The translations under genes and the position numbers were made by a program. A DNA stretch of 64,000 nt, taken from NCBI GenBank assembly GCA_965603475.1, contig CBFDDD010000001.1, positions 111,157 through 175,156 on the forward strand, given 5' to 3'. Under the pieces are notes generated by a model. That model was not told the DNA's origin, made no database searches, and saw only the letters and a list, made by a program, of their open reading frames with translations. This stretch comes from an uncultured Myxococcales bacterium. Its GTDB lineage: Bacteria; Myxococcota_A; UBA9160; UBA4427. Shown one piece after another: positions 46,549 through 55,586 of this stretch. Numbering within the stretch: the first letter of the stretch is position 1; each line of letters starts with the position of its first letter.

Positions 46549-47949
46549 ATGGCTACAGATGACGAGGGGGGAATCGAGGTCGCGGTTTCGCTCGAGCGCG
46601 GTCTCGGCGTCGTAAGCACATGCATGCTCGGGCTGGGCGCGATGATCGGGGCGGGCATCTTCGTCTTGATCGGACACGCATCTGCGCTTGCAGGTCCGGC
46701 GATCGTGCTCGCTTTTTTGCTCAATGCCGGTTTCGCTGTCACTGTGGGGGCTTGCTATGCAGAGCTTGCCGTTGCGTTTCCGCGGACGGGTGGTGCGTAT
46801 GTCTGGGTCGGTGAGGCCTTCGGGCGACGGATCGGCTTCCTGGCAGGCTTCTGTTCGTGGGGCGCGCAGACGATCGCGTGTGCTCTCTACGCACTCGGAT
46901 TTGGCATGTTTGCCGTCGAAATCGTGCGGCGTGCGAGTCCTACGACGACCTGGGTCACGCCCGCATCCGAGTCCGGTCTGTCTCCCCTCATTTTTGCGCT
47001 GCTGCTGCTGAGTTCGCTGGCGGCGATCAATATCCGAGGCGCCCGGGAAACCGGGCGCGCCGAGATCGCGATTACGGGTCTCAAGATCGTACTCCTCATC
47101 GCACTCGTCGCGAGCGGTGCCTTCGCGCTCGCTGGCAGCCCGGATCCGGTGGAACCGTTTCGCCCCTTCCTGCCCGAGGGCATGCGCGGTGTGTTGGCGG
47201 CGATGGGACTGATCTTCATCGCATTCGAGGGCTACGAGATCATCGCGCAGACGCGTGAGGAGGTCGTTGCTCCCGCGCGCACGCTTCCGCGGGCAATCTT
47301 CATGTCGATTGGAATCGCGTGCGTGCTCTATGTTGCCGTTGCGATCGCGATGTTCGCTGCGATCAGTCCGCCAGCCGGTGTCGCAGCGCATCAATATCTT
47401 GGCACCCTCGGTGAGCTCGGACTCGTGGAGGCGGCTGGGATATTGCTTCCAGCCGGAGACAAGGTGCTCCTCATTGCCGGTTTGGCGAGTACGGCGAGCG
47501 CCCTCAACGCGACGATCTACAGTGCGAGCCGGATCGCCCTCGCCATGGGCAGAGAAGGCGACTTTCCGGAGCGCGTTGCACGGGTCGATCCAAAGCGTCG
47601 TACACCAGTCGCTGCGATCGCACTCACCGCCTTCGCGTGCACCGCGGCGACGATCGTGTTGCCGCTGCCAGATGTCGCGGCTGCTGCGAACCTGCTCTTC
47701 TTCCTTGTTTTCATGAGCGTCGCCGCCGCTTTGATCCGACTTCGTCTGTCTCGTCCGGCACTTCCGCGCCCCTTCCGTGTGCCCTTCGTTCCGTGGTGGC
47801 CTGGCACGGCGTTGGTTGGCGGCGTCGTACTCTCGATTCCGTTATTCGATCTGAGCCCAGCGGGTTGGACCTTCGCTGGCGTGTGGGTCGCGATCGGATT
47901 CGCGCTCGCTCCACAAGAGGATGGAGCGAATGAGAAGAGCGGGGGGTAA
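46549..47949 (+). CDS. APC-family amino acid permease
   Basis: About 12 TM segments. GLGAMIGAGIFVLIG signature. Confidence 0.85.
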   Translation: MATDDEGGIEVAVSLERGLGVVSTCMLGLGAMIGAGIFVLIGHASALAGPAIVLAFLLNAGFAVTVGACYAELAVAFPRTGGAYVWVGEAFGRRIGFLAGFCSWGAQTIACALYALGFGMFAVEIVRRASPTTTWVTPASESGLSPLIFALLLLSSLAAINIRGARETGRAEIAITGLKIVLLIALVASGAFALAGSPDPVEPFRPFLPEGMRGVLAAMGLIFIAFEGYEIIAQTREEVVAPARTLPRAIFMSIGIACVLYVAVAIAMFAAISPPAGVAAHQYLGTLGELGLVEAAGILLPAGDKVLLIAGLASTASALNATIYSASRIALAMGREGDFPERVARVDPKRRTPVAAIALTAFACTAATIVLPLPDVAAAANLLFFLVFMSVAAALIRLRLSRPALPRPFRVPFVPWWPGTALVGGVVLSIPLFDLSPAGWTFAGVWVAIGFALAPQEDGANEKSGG

Positions 47950-47998
47950 ACGGGAGAGCGACCGGCGCCGAGTGCGTGCAGGGTGGGAATCTGGGAAC

Positions 47999-48637
47999 AT
48001 GAGCAAGATGCGATGGTGGTTGTCATTAATGTCGATTCTCGTCTTGCTCGGCGGAATCGGCGTGGTCGGAAGCGATCGACTCGAACGAGACAACGATTTT
48101 TGCAACGCCTGCCACCTCCCCGGCGATACGCCACTGCATCTCGAGATCAGGCGGGTTTTCGATCGCGTCATTCCGCAGAATCTCGCTGGCGTACATGGCC
48201 GCGGTTGGGTGGAGGAGCGTGAGGAGCCAGACTTTCGTTGCATCGATTGCCACGCCGGCAGGGGAGTGCTCGAACGAGGCGCGGTCAAGATTCTCTCCGC
48301 CCGCGACGGTCTTCGCTACCTGATCGGCAAATTCGACGAGCCAGAGGAAATGTCTTTCGATCTTTCGAAGCAGACCTGTCGGAGCTGCCATCCCAGTTTC
48401 CGACATTCAGCCGCACCCGGCTGGACGCTGAGGGCCTACCACGGCGATCCAAACCACGATGGGGTCGATGCGCCCCGATGCGTTCGTTGTCATTCGGTAC
48501 ACGAGGCAGACGGAGATGCCTTCGCCTATTTCATGAATCGAGAGCGAGTCGACCAGCAGTGTCGCGAATGCCATGTCCCGGGCGGCCCGAAGCAGATTCA
48601 ATCGTTGGTCGAAGCAGGAGAAGATCGCAGCGGGTGA
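47999..48637 (+). CDS. membrane-anchored multiheme c-type cytochrome (five CxxCH; NapC/NirT-like topology)
   Basis: N-terminal TM helix WWLSLMSILVLLGGIGVVG. Heme sites CNACH, CIDCH, CRSCH, CVRCH, CRECH. Confidence 0.75.
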   Translation: MSKMRWWLSLMSILVLLGGIGVVGSDRLERDNDFCNACHLPGDTPLHLEIRRVFDRVIPQNLAGVHGRGWVEEREEPDFRCIDCHAGRGVLERGAVKILSARDGLRYLIGKFDEPEEMSFDLSKQTCRSCHPSFRHSAAPGWTLRAYHGDPNHDGVDAPRCVRCHSVHEADGDAFAYFMNRERVDQQCRECHVPGGPKQIQSLVEAGEDRSG

Positions 48638-48698
48638 AAATGGAGCTCCGACAGCCGGCTCTTCGACGCTTCCGGCATCAAGTTCTAGTCTTTATGGG

Positions 48699-49454
48699 AT
48701 GAACCCGACACTTCCGACGATTTCACTCGTGAACTTGCTCGCGGCATTTGTCCCGAGCGTCCTACTGCTGGTGATCATGCACCGCTGGTCGTTGAAGGCG
48801 GTTTCCGCGCTCTATGCGAATGCCCGGATGCTCGCTCAACTGCTCGCGGTCGGTTACGTACTCACCTACGTGTTCGAGACCGATCGCCCGGCCCTCATCG
48901 TAGGTGTCGTTCTTGTGATGATCCTGGTTTCGGCATGGATCGCGCTTCGTCCTCTAGCTCATCGCGGGCTGACCAATTATTCGCTCGCGCTCGTTTCGAT
49001 CTCAGCGAGCGGACTGAGCATGCTCGTGATCGTCACGCAGTGGGTCCTCGAGTTGCCGCGCTGGTTCGAGCCGAGCTTCGTCGTGCCGCTTGCGGGAATG
49101 ATCTTTGCCAATGCGATGAATACCGTGAGTCTTGCGGCTGAACGATTCGAATCCGAACTGGGTCGGGGCGAGAATCGATTCGACGCTCGGCGAACGGCCC
49201 TCGACGCGTCGCTGATTCCGCAGATCAATGGATTGCTCGCGGTCGGGATCGTGTCATTGCCGGGGATGATGACCGGGCAGATCCTTTCGGGTATCGAGCC
49301 AATGGTGGCGGTTCGCTATCAGATCATGGTGATGTGTATGGTTTTTGGATCGGGCGGTCTTGGCGCTGCGGCGTACCTAGCGCTTCAGAGCGGGCGGTCG
49401 CAGCCTGATTCCGAGGCAAAAGGTCGAGCGCCGCATACCAGCGGTGGCGACTGA
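48699..49454 (+). CDS. fetB: UPF0014/FetB-family ABC permease subunit (no ATPase partner adjacent)
   Basis: LLAVGYVLTYVF, PLAGMIFANAM, VGIVSLPGMMTGQIL and RYQIMV all parallel E. coli FetB (YbbM). Confidence 0.8.
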   Translation: MNPTLPTISLVNLLAAFVPSVLLLVIMHRWSLKAVSALYANARMLAQLLAVGYVLTYVFETDRPALIVGVVLVMILVSAWIALRPLAHRGLTNYSLALVSISASGLSMLVIVTQWVLELPRWFEPSFVVPLAGMIFANAMNTVSLAAERFESELGRGENRFDARRTALDASLIPQINGLLAVGIVSLPGMMTGQILSGIEPMVAVRYQIMVMCMVFGSGGLGAAAYLALQSGRSQPDSEAKGRAPHTSGGD

Positions 49455-49486
49455 CGCGATCGGCGGCGATTTACAGCGATGGAGGG

Positions 49487-50164
49487 CTAAGGGACGTCGA
49501 ACTCGATCACGATGACCTCGAAGAGTCCTGGCGTCAGCATGCCTCTGCGCTCCAGGACTCGCCCCCCCTCTTCGACGCGAACCATGTAGACGCCCTCACT
49601 CTTGGCGTCGCCCGAGACGCTTGTTTCTTCGCAGCGTCCGTGAAAGTCGACACCGACTCGGTAGCGCCCGGCGATCGGGCTTGGGAAATAGATTGCTTCG
49701 ACTCGTGGTGAAGGGTCGCTACAGCGACGATCGTCGAGGAGTCGCCCGCCGCTGCGCGTTGGTGTGTTCGCGAAATAGGCCGATTCGTGAAGAGGATCCG
49801 TGACGAAGAGGTCGAGATCTGCCACATCATCGAAGGCGAGTCGGACCAGCAGGCCGCTGGAGAGATCGTCGGGCGCCGGCTCGGCGAGCACGGCCTGGAG
49901 GCGGGTGAGGCGAGCGGTCTGCTCGGCATCGAAGTCTCGACTGCGAGCTTCGGTCGTCGACGGCGCTCGAACCGGCGCAATCGGACGTGATGGCCCGCAG
50001 GCGGTCGCCATGAAAAGAACTGTAAGCGCGAGCAGGCTACAAAGGGTGCGCCGCGTCGATGTGGGCGGGCATAAGCACCAGGTGATACCTTTTTGAACGT
50101 GGCGTCTTGCGGGGTGTTGTACAGGGTGCAATAGGCTCTGTAGTACGAAAGGATGGCTCGACAT
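49487..50164 (-). CDS. hypothetical lipoprotein (YfaP/DUF2135-like C-terminal domain?)
   Basis: Lipobox LFMATACG. DLDLFVTDPLHESAYFANTPTRSGGRLLDD...GRYRVGV resembles the DUF2135 pattern. Start uncertain. Confidence 0.45.
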   Translation of the reverse strand: MSSHPFVLQSLLHPVQHPARRHVQKGITWCLCPPTSTRRTLCSLLALTVLFMATACGPSRPIAPVRAPSTTEARSRDFDAEQTARLTRLQAVLAEPAPDDLSSGLLVRLAFDDVADLDLFVTDPLHESAYFANTPTRSGGRLLDDRRCSDPSPRVEAIYFPSPIAGRYRVGVDFHGRCEETSVSGDAKSEGVYMVRVEEGGRVLERRGMLTPGLFEVIVIEFDVP

Positions 50165-50270
50165 GTCTTTCCCGTTGATCTTTTCGGTCTCTACTCGGGT
50201 GGCTCGTTGGCGCTTCGGATGCGCTTCGTTGCGTTCCCATAGCCTATCATCGCTACGCGGATTCGGTTGC

Positions 50271-52079
50271 ATGATCGTTTTGCTTGTGGCTGTCGTACCG
50301 AGCTCAGCGAAGTCGGCTGAGCAGACGATTCGCGGGCATGTGCGCGATGCTGAAGGGGCACCGATCGCTGCCGCCATGGTCTCGTTGCGTCAGGGTACGC
50401 CATTCCATGAACGAACAGTCTTTTCGGACCATGCCGGTGCCTATCAGAGCACATTGAAGGCCGGTGAGGCGTTTGCAGTACGAGTGCGACGCATCGGTTG
50501 GCGCGACCTTGGCCACGCCGATGTCGCGCCACTCTCAGAGGAGGCCGCGGCATCCTACGACTTCAGCCTCGAGCGCGAAACGGATGCCGCTGCCCTTGCC
50601 GCTCAGCTGCCCGCGAATCGTTGGTTCAGTCTTCTACTCCAGGAAATCGATGACGACGTGCAGCGCGAGGAATTCGTGCGACAGTGCACCTATTGTCATC
50701 AGCAGGGCAACGTCGCAACGCGTCGTTTGCGAAACGACGAAGAGTGGCAGAAAGTGCTCTCGTTGATGGCGCGCATGGGCGGTACGTTGTCACCGGAGCT
50801 GCGTGAGCAGATTCCGGCGTTGTGGCGACAGGCCTATGACCCCGAACGCTCCGTTGCGGCTCTGGTCGATACGACTCCTGGAGTTGAACTCGCAGCCGTG
50901 CCCGAAGCGAAAGTGTTGCGTGCCTCTGTCGACGAATGGGCGCTCGGGCATGAAGCTTCGATGCAGCACGATCTCGCTGTGCATCCCGACGGCCGCGTCT
51001 ATAGCGTCGACATGATGCAGGATGAGCTCTATCGCTTCGATCCGAAGACGGAAGCTCGGGACTCTTTTCGCCTGCCACACGGCGACCTTCCCATGGGCGG
51101 CGTATTCGGCGCGGCCAGCGGTCCGCTCCCGCCCTATGCGAACTCGTATGTGGGTCCCCACTCTCTTCAGGTCGCGCCAGACGGGGCGATCTGGATCACC
51201 CTCGCGCTCGGCAGTCAGCTCGCTCGCTTCGACACCGGCACAGAAGAGTGGGAGATTCATGAGCTCGAAGAAGGCATCTATCCGCACACCCTGCGCTTCG
51301 ACCATGAGGGCCGGATCTGGTACACGATGGCGGTCTCGAACCATGTCGGAATGCTCGATCCGGCCACCGGCGAGCAGAAGAGCATCAGTCTGCCCGCGAC
51401 CAGCTTTGGCCAGGCTTTCGCGCTGCGCATGATTCCTATCGGACTCTGGCTGAGCCAATACATCGACATCTCTGGCATGGCCAGCGGTGAGGGCGGTGGA
51501 GGGGGCGTCCGTATGCCCGTTCCCTATGGCATCGACGTCGCGCCGGACGGCCATATCTGGTTCAGTCAGCTCAATGAAAACAGGATCGGCCGCATCGATC
51601 CAGAAACCCTCGACGTGGAGATGATCGAGACGCCCTTCAGCGCGCCACGTCGATTGCGTTTCGATTCACAGGGACGCCTCTGGATCCCGGGTTTCTCCTC
51701 GGGACTGATCTCGCGTTTTGATCCGGAGACCCGCGAGTTCAAGAGCTACCCACTGCCGATCGAGCCGCTCGGTACCGAGACACCCTACGCGCTCAATGTG
51801 CAGCCCCATACGGATTCGGTCTGGATCTGTGGCACCAACAGCGACAGCTTGATCCGGTTCGAGCCGGATCAGGAGGCGTTCACCGTGTATCCGCTGCCGA
51901 CTCGGGTGACCTACACCCGCGAAATCGACTTCGATGACGAGGGTCGAGTCTGGACTTCCAACTCGAATCTTCCCGCTTGGCAGATCGAAGGCGGGATGCC
52001 CCGGATCCTGCGCCTCGACCCGTCGTTCGTACCCGCAGCCGCGAGCCAGCTGAGGGTGACATTGGTGGAAGAACGCTAG
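50271..52079 (+). CDS. secreted fusion protein: carboxypeptidase-regulatory-like domain + single CxxCH heme site + Vgb/NHL-like beta-propeller repeats
   Basis: IRGHVRDAEGAPIAAAMVSL (CarboxypepD_reg-like). CTYCH. Repeated GPHSLQVAPDGAIWIT / PHTLRFDHEGRIWYT / PYGIDVAPDGHIWFS blades. Start uncertain (50163-50271). Confidence 0.65.
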   Translation: MIVLLVAVVPSSAKSAEQTIRGHVRDAEGAPIAAAMVSLRQGTPFHERTVFSDHAGAYQSTLKAGEAFAVRVRRIGWRDLGHADVAPLSEEAAASYDFSLERETDAAALAAQLPANRWFSLLLQEIDDDVQREEFVRQCTYCHQQGNVATRRLRNDEEWQKVLSLMARMGGTLSPELREQIPALWRQAYDPERSVAALVDTTPGVELAAVPEAKVLRASVDEWALGHEASMQHDLAVHPDGRVYSVDMMQDELYRFDPKTEARDSFRLPHGDLPMGGVFGAASGPLPPYANSYVGPHSLQVAPDGAIWITLALGSQLARFDTGTEEWEIHELEEGIYPHTLRFDHEGRIWYTMAVSNHVGMLDPATGEQKSISLPATSFGQAFALRMIPIGLWLSQYIDISGMASGEGGGGGVRMPVPYGIDVAPDGHIWFSQLNENRIGRIDPETLDVEMIETPFSAPRRLRFDSQGRLWIPGFSSGLISRFDPETREFKSYPLPIEPLGTETPYALNVQPHTDSVWICGTNSDSLIRFEPDQEAFTVYPLPTRVTYTREIDFDDEGRVWTSNSNLPAWQIEGGMPRILRLDPSFVPAAASQLRVTLVEER

Positions 52080-52134
52080 GCGGTCGACGCTTCGTCTTCC
52101 GTTGGCGTCATTGATCCAATAGCGAGGGAAGCCC

Positions 52135-53340
52135 ATGTCCGTGGATCTACGAACGCGTTCGGATACCGACCAGGCTCCGGTCGACGTCGGGCCATTCTTT
52201 CGTGAAACCCTGCCAGGGCTGCTCGACGTCAACCATTCAATGCTTGCGTCGGGCGCGAGCGAACTGTCGCTCGACGCGTTCTGCATCGAGACGGACGGCG
52301 AGCCCTGGACGCTATCCTGGATCGGAGACCGCGTTTCGGTTTCGCCGGGGCACGACGGTCAGGGCCGGGTACGGCTGACCGCCGAGCAGCTCTCCGACAT
52401 CGTGAACGACCAGAGTACGCCGATTGCCCTGATGAGCAACGCGATCCTGGATATGCCGGAGGGCGGCCTGCCGGACTTCCTGAACTGGTGGCTGGTACTC
52501 CGTTCGGTGATCGACGCTCGTCCGATTCACGCACGCGGCGATGTGAGATTCAAAACGGACGTTCGTCGGAGCTTCACACTGGACGATTCCGATGAGGAGA
52601 TGCGCGCGTTTCTCGAGGACGCGGGCTACCTGCACATCAAAGGTCTTTTCAGCCGGGCCGAGATGGCGGAGGTCGAAGCGGATTTTCCAGTTGCCGCACC
52701 GCACTTCGAGAAGGGTGACCCGAAGGCGTGGTTCGCAACGACACGGGATGGAGTCGAGCATCTGGTGCGCATGGAGGGCTTCGATCGATATTCGCCGGCG
52801 ACCGTGGCTCTGATCGACGAGGATCGCTTCCAACGCATCGGAGACATCCCTGGAATTGGACACGTCAGTGCACGCAAGCCGGGTGCTCGCGTCGGCGCGC
52901 TGAGCAAGCCCATCGGTGTTGTGAAGGGCATCTCTGATGTGCCTTGGCACAAGGACTGCAGCCTGGGTCGTCATTCCTATGAGTGCTGCTCCCTCACGGT
53001 CGGCATCTCAGTGACGGGTGCGGATGCGGAATCGGGACAACTGCGCGTGGTGCCGGGATCCCACCGCGCGCTGGTATGGCCGGCACCGTGTATCCAGCCT
53101 GGCCTCGACCTGGAAGCGATCGATCTACCCACTCGAACGGGCGACGTGACCGTCCATCTGAGCTGCACACAACATATGAGTCAGGCGCCGAGCGTTCGAA
53201 CGCGCAAGGTGCTCTACACGGGGTTCGGTCAAAAGCCCGCCGATGCCGAAGCGGCCCAGCGAAATCGTCTGCGCCTCGATGCCGTTCGCAGCAAGACCCA
53301 TACGAGGGTTTCACAGGAGCCCGGCTATCAGGGCGAATGA
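52135..53340 (+). CDS. PhyH-family dioxygenase with N-terminal extension (SCP2-like?)
   Basis: GYLHIKGLFS, PWHKD (HxD), VVPGSHR. Confidence 0.7.
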   Translation: MSVDLRTRSDTDQAPVDVGPFFRETLPGLLDVNHSMLASGASELSLDAFCIETDGEPWTLSWIGDRVSVSPGHDGQGRVRLTAEQLSDIVNDQSTPIALMSNAILDMPEGGLPDFLNWWLVLRSVIDARPIHARGDVRFKTDVRRSFTLDDSDEEMRAFLEDAGYLHIKGLFSRAEMAEVEADFPVAAPHFEKGDPKAWFATTRDGVEHLVRMEGFDRYSPATVALIDEDRFQRIGDIPGIGHVSARKPGARVGALSKPIGVVKGISDVPWHKDCSLGRHSYECCSLTVGISVTGADAESGQLRVVPGSHRALVWPAPCIQPGLDLEAIDLPTRTGDVTVHLSCTQHMSQAPSVRTRKVLYTGFGQKPADAEAAQRNRLRLDAVRSKTHTRVSQEPGYQGE

Positions 53341-53488
53341 CGAGCACGGCCGACCGTGATCAGGAACGGCATCCGACCTCGCTTTGTTTCTAGCCAAAGA
53401 CGAGGCTATGCGGAAGCCAGCGAGCGTTCTCGCGAGTCGTGAAACGTTCTTGGTTGGTGAGGTGGGTGGCAGTCGCTTGGGAAACAAG

Positions 53489-53520
53489 CCGAGGACGCCC
53501 ACCTGGGCGAGCGTCCTCGG
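53489..53520 (-). terminator. rho-independent-type terminator of the cold-shock gene
   Basis: CCGAGGACGC...GCGTCCTCGG 10-bp inverted repeat 16 nt past the csp stop, followed on the minus strand by CTTGTTTCC. Confidence 0.55.
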
Positions 53521-53535
53521 TGAATCCTGAGCGGA

Positions 53536-53730
53536 CTAGACTACGGTGATGTTCTCGGCGCGGGAGCCCTTGGGGCCCTGTCCGATTGTGAACTCGACCT
53601 GCTGGCCTTCGCGCAGATCTTCGTAGCGGACATCCTGGAGCGCAGACATGTGGAAGAAGATTTCTTCACCATCGCCCGCGATGAATCCAAAGCCCTTGTC
53701 CGTAAGTTTCTTGATTGTTCCTTGAGCCAC
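53536..53730 (-). CDS. CspA-family cold-shock protein
   Basis: (M)AQGTIKKLTDKGFGFIAGDGEEIFFHMSAL...: RNP1 KGFGFI and RNP2-like FFH. GTG start with GAAGGAGGG RBS. The longer track ORF upstream is its 5' UTR. Confidence 0.9.
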   Translation of the reverse strand: MAQGTIKKLTDKGFGFIAGDGEEIFFHMSALQDVRYEDLREGQQVEFTIGQGPKGSRAENITVV

Positions 53731-54178
53731 GTTGGCCCTCCTTCTGTGTAGTAAGAGACGTTCCACGGGACCGAACCTTTTTGGCCCGGCACTCGCGGAA
53801 GTTGGCAGTTCTCTGTTGAGCTGTGGTTCGAATTCCAGTCGCCGCGCAGATTCTGTCGTTGGGAAACTGTTTATAGCAGTTAGCGGACGATCGCGATCCC
53901 TCCGATCGAAACTCCTTCCATTCCGGCGTTGAGCGACGGCCGTGAGGAGCGCTCCAGGCGAGTTGATTGGCTTTGAGTGAGAGCAGGACGACACCCGAGG
54001 GGACGGCTTGGCACCGGTCGATCAATTTTCGACCCACAGTGGGGCTGGATCGAGTGGCTCGCCGCAAAATGAAATGGCTCGGCCCGATGGCTTACGAGCG
54101 TGACGCCCACCTCTGCGGAATTCAGGTACCCTCGTCGGGCAATTCAGTCCGTTCCGATCCCACACAGGAGAACGATCA

Positions 54179-54652
54179 ATGTCCAGCCTGCATGATTTCG
54201 AAGCGCCGTCGATCACGGGCGAGCCGATACGGCTCTCCGAGTTCGAAGGCCAGCTCTGCCTCGTCGTCAACGTCGCCAGCCGTTGAGGACTCACTGACCA
54301 GTACGCAGGTCTGCGTACCCTACACGACGACAACGATGGGCTCAGTGTTCTCGGCTTTCCCTGCAATCAGTTCGGTGCCCAGGAACCCGGAACCGACGCC
54401 GAAATTCTCGAGTTCGCCACTTCGAAATACGGGGCGAGTTTCCCGATGTTCTCGAAAATCGAGGTCAACGGCGACGGATCCAGTGAGATTTATCAGTTCC
54501 TCAAGGCGGGTCACCCCGACGAAGAGGGCAAGGAAGATATCGCCTGGAACTTCACTAAATTTCTGGTTGGGCGCGACGGGCAGGTGCTGCAGCGCTTTGC
54601 ACCACAGGTGACGCCCGAGGAGATCGGCGAGGCGGCGAAGGCTCATCTCTAG
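54179..54652 (+). CDS. gpx: glutathione peroxidase, selenocysteine form (Sec at codon 36)
   Basis: AGGAG RBS before ATG 54179. Reads ...LCLVVNVASR-U-GLTDQYAGL...LGFPCNQFGAQEPG...WNFTKFLVGRDG. The track lists only the C-terminal 68 aa (54446..54652). TGA 54284-54286 sits at the catalytic Cys/Sec position. Confidence 0.85.
54301..54318 (+). promoter_or_regulatory. putative bacterial SECIS hairpin for gpx
   Basis: GUACGCA-GGUC-UGCGUAC: 7-bp stem, GU in the loop, starting 14 nt after the UGA. Confidence 0.6.
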
Positions 54653-54715
54653 ACGATCGATCACTCGTCACTCATAAGAGAAGGATCGAGGATCCGTGTG
54701 ATCTTCAGCTGGTCC

Positions 54716-55561
54716 TCAGTCATCCATGAAGGCTTCGAAGGCCTTTTCATAGTCCGGGTGCCATCGCGATAGAGGTGGTCGGTTGTGGATCAGGTCTCCC
54801 ATGGCCCATTCCATCCGTTTGTTGTCGACTTCACGGCTGACGTCGTTGTCGGGACACAAGACATAGAATTCCCCACGGCCCACGGATTCGAGGAGGAAGT
54901 CGACCACCTGCTCTGCGGTCCAGGCCCCATCGGGTTTTTCGGGGAGGAACCGACGCATCATTCCGGTGTAGGTGAAGCCAGGAACCAGCAGGTGGGCGCT
55001 GACCCGACAATTCTCGGTGTTGCGGAGGCTGTGTTGCAGGGCTTCCGTCGCGGCTTTGATGCCCGCTTTGCTGACGTTGTAGGCGGGGCTTCCGGGGGGC
55101 GAGGTGATGCCCTGTTTCGAGCCGGTGTTGATGATCAGGCCGGGGGTTCCTTGCTCGATCATGTTGGGCGCGAAGGCGTGTGCGCCGTTGATGACGCCCC
55201 ACAAGTTGACGCCGAGTACCTGTTCCCAGTTTTCGTATTCCGTCCAGCTGTCGGTTGGTCGACCGATGCCAGCGTTGTTCATCAAGACATCGACCTGCCC
55301 GTAGGTCTCGAAGGCACGATTGCGGAGCTTCTGAAGCTCGTCCAACCTGGAAACATCGGTTCGGATCGCGATGGCGCTGCTGTTGGTGTTGTTGCTGCTG
55401 ACTTCGGTTACGGCCTGTTCCAGCTTCTCTGCATCGATATCGGCCATGCACACGCGCATGCCGAGAGCGGCGAACTTCTTCGCGGCGGCCAACCCGATTC
55501 CGTCGGCAGCGCCGGTGATGACGGCGACGTTTTCGGCTGCGAATGCGGGATGGGTACTCAT
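54716..55561 (-). CDS. SDR-family oxidoreductase
   Basis: VITGAADGIGLA (TGxxxGxG), NNAG, YNVSK (YxxxK). Confidence 0.9.
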   Translation of the reverse strand: MSTHPAFAAENVAVITGAADGIGLAAAKKFAALGMRVCMADIDAEKLEQAVTEVSSNNTNSSAIAIRTDVSRLDELQKLRNRAFETYGQVDVLMNNAGIGRPTDSWTEYENWEQVLGVNLWGVINGAHAFAPNMIEQGTPGLIINTGSKQGITSPPGSPAYNVSKAGIKAATEALQHSLRNTENCRVSAHLLVPGFTYTGMMRRFLPEKPDGAWTAEQVVDFLLESVGRGEFYVLCPDNDVSREVDNKRMEWAMGDLIHNRPPLSRWHPDYEKAFEAFMDD

Positions 55562-55586
55562 GGGGGGACTCCTCTTCGGGTGCCCG

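Noticed and set aside
46432-47394. N-terminal 320 codons of the 737-aa minus-strand ORF 45181..47394
   Set aside because: The region is R/D/E-rich nonsense and overlaps the APC permease gene on the opposite strand. The hydrolase domain begins at ATG 46431.
53821-53840. GGTTCGAATTCC, tRNA-like T-loop sequence
   Set aside because: No cloverleaf can be folded around it. It lies in the long 5' UTR of the cold-shock gene on the opposite strand.
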